A DNA stretch of 63,998 bases, filler included, from Pseudovirgaria hyperparasitica (taxonomy: Eukaryota), in assembly GCA_010093815.1 (NCBI GenBank). It is 8 parts of 5 records of this genome, joined end to end, with 100 filler letters (N's around TTAATTAATTAA, not from the genome) between each part and the next. Parts side by side here need not be neighbours in the genome. Positions count along the whole stretch, not along the records: positions 62,338 to 63,998 come from ML996606.1; 7 more parts are not named here. One strand, written 5' to 3'. Of the stretch, positions 62,343 to 63,998 are shown piece by piece; positions within the stretch are counted from its first letter, which is position 1, and each line of letters opens with the position of its first letter. A program made the translations under genes and the position numbers. The notes beneath the pieces are model-generated. The model ran no database searches. It was not told the DNA's origin and saw only the letters and a list, made by a program, of their open reading frames with translations.

Positions 62343-63530
62343 CTAGGAAGTAAGGTACATTTTAAGGTTGAACCTAATGACCCAGGCTGCAGCATTAATC
62401 CAGCTATAGCTCTCTAAGCCACGACCAAGTTGATTCATATACAGGCTCGCTAGCAGAAACGCCTGAGCATGGTAAAGTTCGTGACCACCGTGCATAGTTC
62501 CAAGGATTTCGGATGCATACGCATAGTAGTGTAGCCCAGGAATAACATCCAGGTTCATGAGTTCCTCGGTTACAGGTGAATACCGCATTCGTGTCGAAGG
62601 AGAGTGGATTGACTGGGCAATTTCCTTGCGAGGGTCGAGGACACCTCCGATCGGTGCATCTTCATGCAGAACTGCGCCCAATGCAAGGACAAGCAGGATG
62701 ATTGCATTTGTTATGGTCCTTTCAGCCTTTGGAGGCCGAACATGGCTTTGTGCAGGTCGTGCATAGATCGGAACGGCTGTGGGCTCACCCTCATCGATAT
62801 CCGTTCTCTGTCTTTTCGTCGGTCGATGGTGTTCTGAAAGGTGCTGAGGCATAGATAGAGGAGATTTCGTACTGGCCGGAGGGTTCATTCTATCTACAAA
62901 TGCGTCCACCTGTTTCTTTAGCCGTGCTTTATCGAGGAAAGGATGCAAGACATGCATGTGATCTAAATAACTCGCGAGAAGTCTGTTAACCGCGGTTGGC
63001 GTGAGATCGAGGCGATTCACCTTGTCAATATAACGATAGGGAGCTTGGCCGCTGTCCGACGTAGAAGACAAGGACATAGTTTCGCTGTCGGCTTGGCTGC
63101 CCGCGCGACTACCAACTTGCTGCGCCCGGTCATTATGTGTCAGACCTTCTCCCCGACCGTATATCCGTAGACTACCCCGTTCCTCTTCAATCTTAAGCGG
63201 GTAATTCTCCAAGAGAGGCACAATGGAATTGAAATACTTTGCCATGGCTGGCCATGTTTTCAAGAGGTAATGAGCAGCGGTTCTATGCTCATTGAAGTCA
63301 TTTAGCTCTCGCCGGTACTGGTGTTGTTGCTGGTGTTGTTGCTGATCCTGATGTTGATGCTGTTGTGGATGATGGGTGGGTGCTGGTGGAGAATGAGTGC
63401 CATTTGCGCACGGACTGTTTTCGAGACGTTCCAATCTGCGGTTCAAGCTTGCTTCGATCTGTTCACCGTTCTCCTGTATAGCGTTCAACTTCTGCATGAC
63501 TAGTTGAAATAATTTATCGGGCCTTTGCTT
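62343..63530 (-). CDS. Fungal C6-family transcription factor body (fungal TF middle homology region); Zn cluster not seen, 3' end in gap
   Basis: EHRTAAHYLL..WP, GSLRIYGRGEG, SYLDHMHVLHPFLDK, AIILLVLALG, NLDVIPGLHYYAYA and AQAFLLASLYMNQLGR. Confidence 0.8.
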   Translation of the reverse strand, partial: KQRPDKLFQLVMQKLNAIQENGEQIEASLNRRLERLENSPCANGTHSPPAPTHHPQQHQHQDQQQHQQQHQYRRELNDFNEHRTAAHYLLKTWPAMAKYFNSIVPLLENYPLKIEEERGSLRIYGRGEGLTHNDRAQQVGSRAGSQADSETMSLSSTSDSGQAPYRYIDKVNRLDLTPTAVNRLLASYLDHMHVLHPFLDKARLKKQVDAFVDRMNPPASTKSPLSMPQHLSEHHRPTKRQRTDIDEGEPTAVPIYARPAQSHVRPPKAERTITNAIILLVLALGAVLHEDAPIGGVLDPRKEIAQSIHSPSTRMRYSPVTEELMNLDVIPGLHYYAYASEILGTMHGGHELYHAQAFLLASLYMNQLGRGLESYSWINAAAWVIRFNLKMYLTS

Positions 63531-63998
63531 GTTAATCAATGATCGACATGCCTGCTTTGCAAACTTACTTTCGAGGGGGAACCTCCGCATATTCACACTC
63601 GATATTCTGTTCTTTACAGAACAAGCAGGGTCGATTTTCGACACACTTCTGTTTTCGAAGACGACAATTTTTGCAGGCCTACGCATGGTTTAGTCTCATA
63701 GGTCTAGATTACTCTGAATACGAATGCATGACGTACCTGTTGAGCGCGAAATGAGCGCTTCTTGGAAAATACAGACCAGTATGGATCCGAATGCGCAAGA
63801 AACATCGAGGTAACAGAGTGGTTCTGATGTCTTGTAGGCGGCCGATATTCAACAGGTATGATGATAATTGTCTCCTTAAGGAGAAAAAGCGATGAATTTG
63901 CTATTAATGTTATGGATCCAACTGTGGGTCCAATTAAGGGTAAAGATTTGAAGAGGAGACCTATGTTTTCATGGCTATGGCTGGCATTCTCTTCGTTA

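Noticed and set aside
22130..63998. DUF3435 tyrosine recombinase (Starship captain) or element termini
   Set aside because: No recognisable captain motifs or boundary repeats were found by eye. Absence from the window does not exclude one nearby.

Overview
Fungal (ascomycete-type) genomic DNA in two compartments. Positions 1-22029 are an AT-rich nest of LTR retrotransposons decayed by RIP (CpA>TpA). It holds a Copia host interrupted by two Ty3/Gypsy elements, the 3' half of a third Gypsy, and a relic of a DNA-transposon accessory gene. All three Gypsy elements carry extra cargo genes between pol and the 3' LTR. One carries a ~975-codon ORF with a PhyH-like 2OG-Fe(II) dioxygenase domain. The other two carry antisense, intron-containing Cys-cluster/coiled-coil genes. 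Positions 22130-63998 are GC-balanced accessory DNA that resembles Starship cargo. This part holds a DUF3723 gene with one in-frame stop, many isolated fragments of transcription-factor and transporter genes, a two-gene DD34E Tc1-like transposon with perfect 117-bp inverted repeats, hAT- and pogo-type MITEs, segmental duplications, a recurrent GGCTCAG(C/T)A motif, a 57-aa Myb-like micro-ORF and a candidate Kex2-processed His-rich secreted peptide. I did not recognise a DUF3435 captain recombinase. Seven N-TTAATTAATTAA-N blocks are artificial contig linkers, so adjacency across them is not proven. Domain calls come from manual translation and motif recognition, not database searches.
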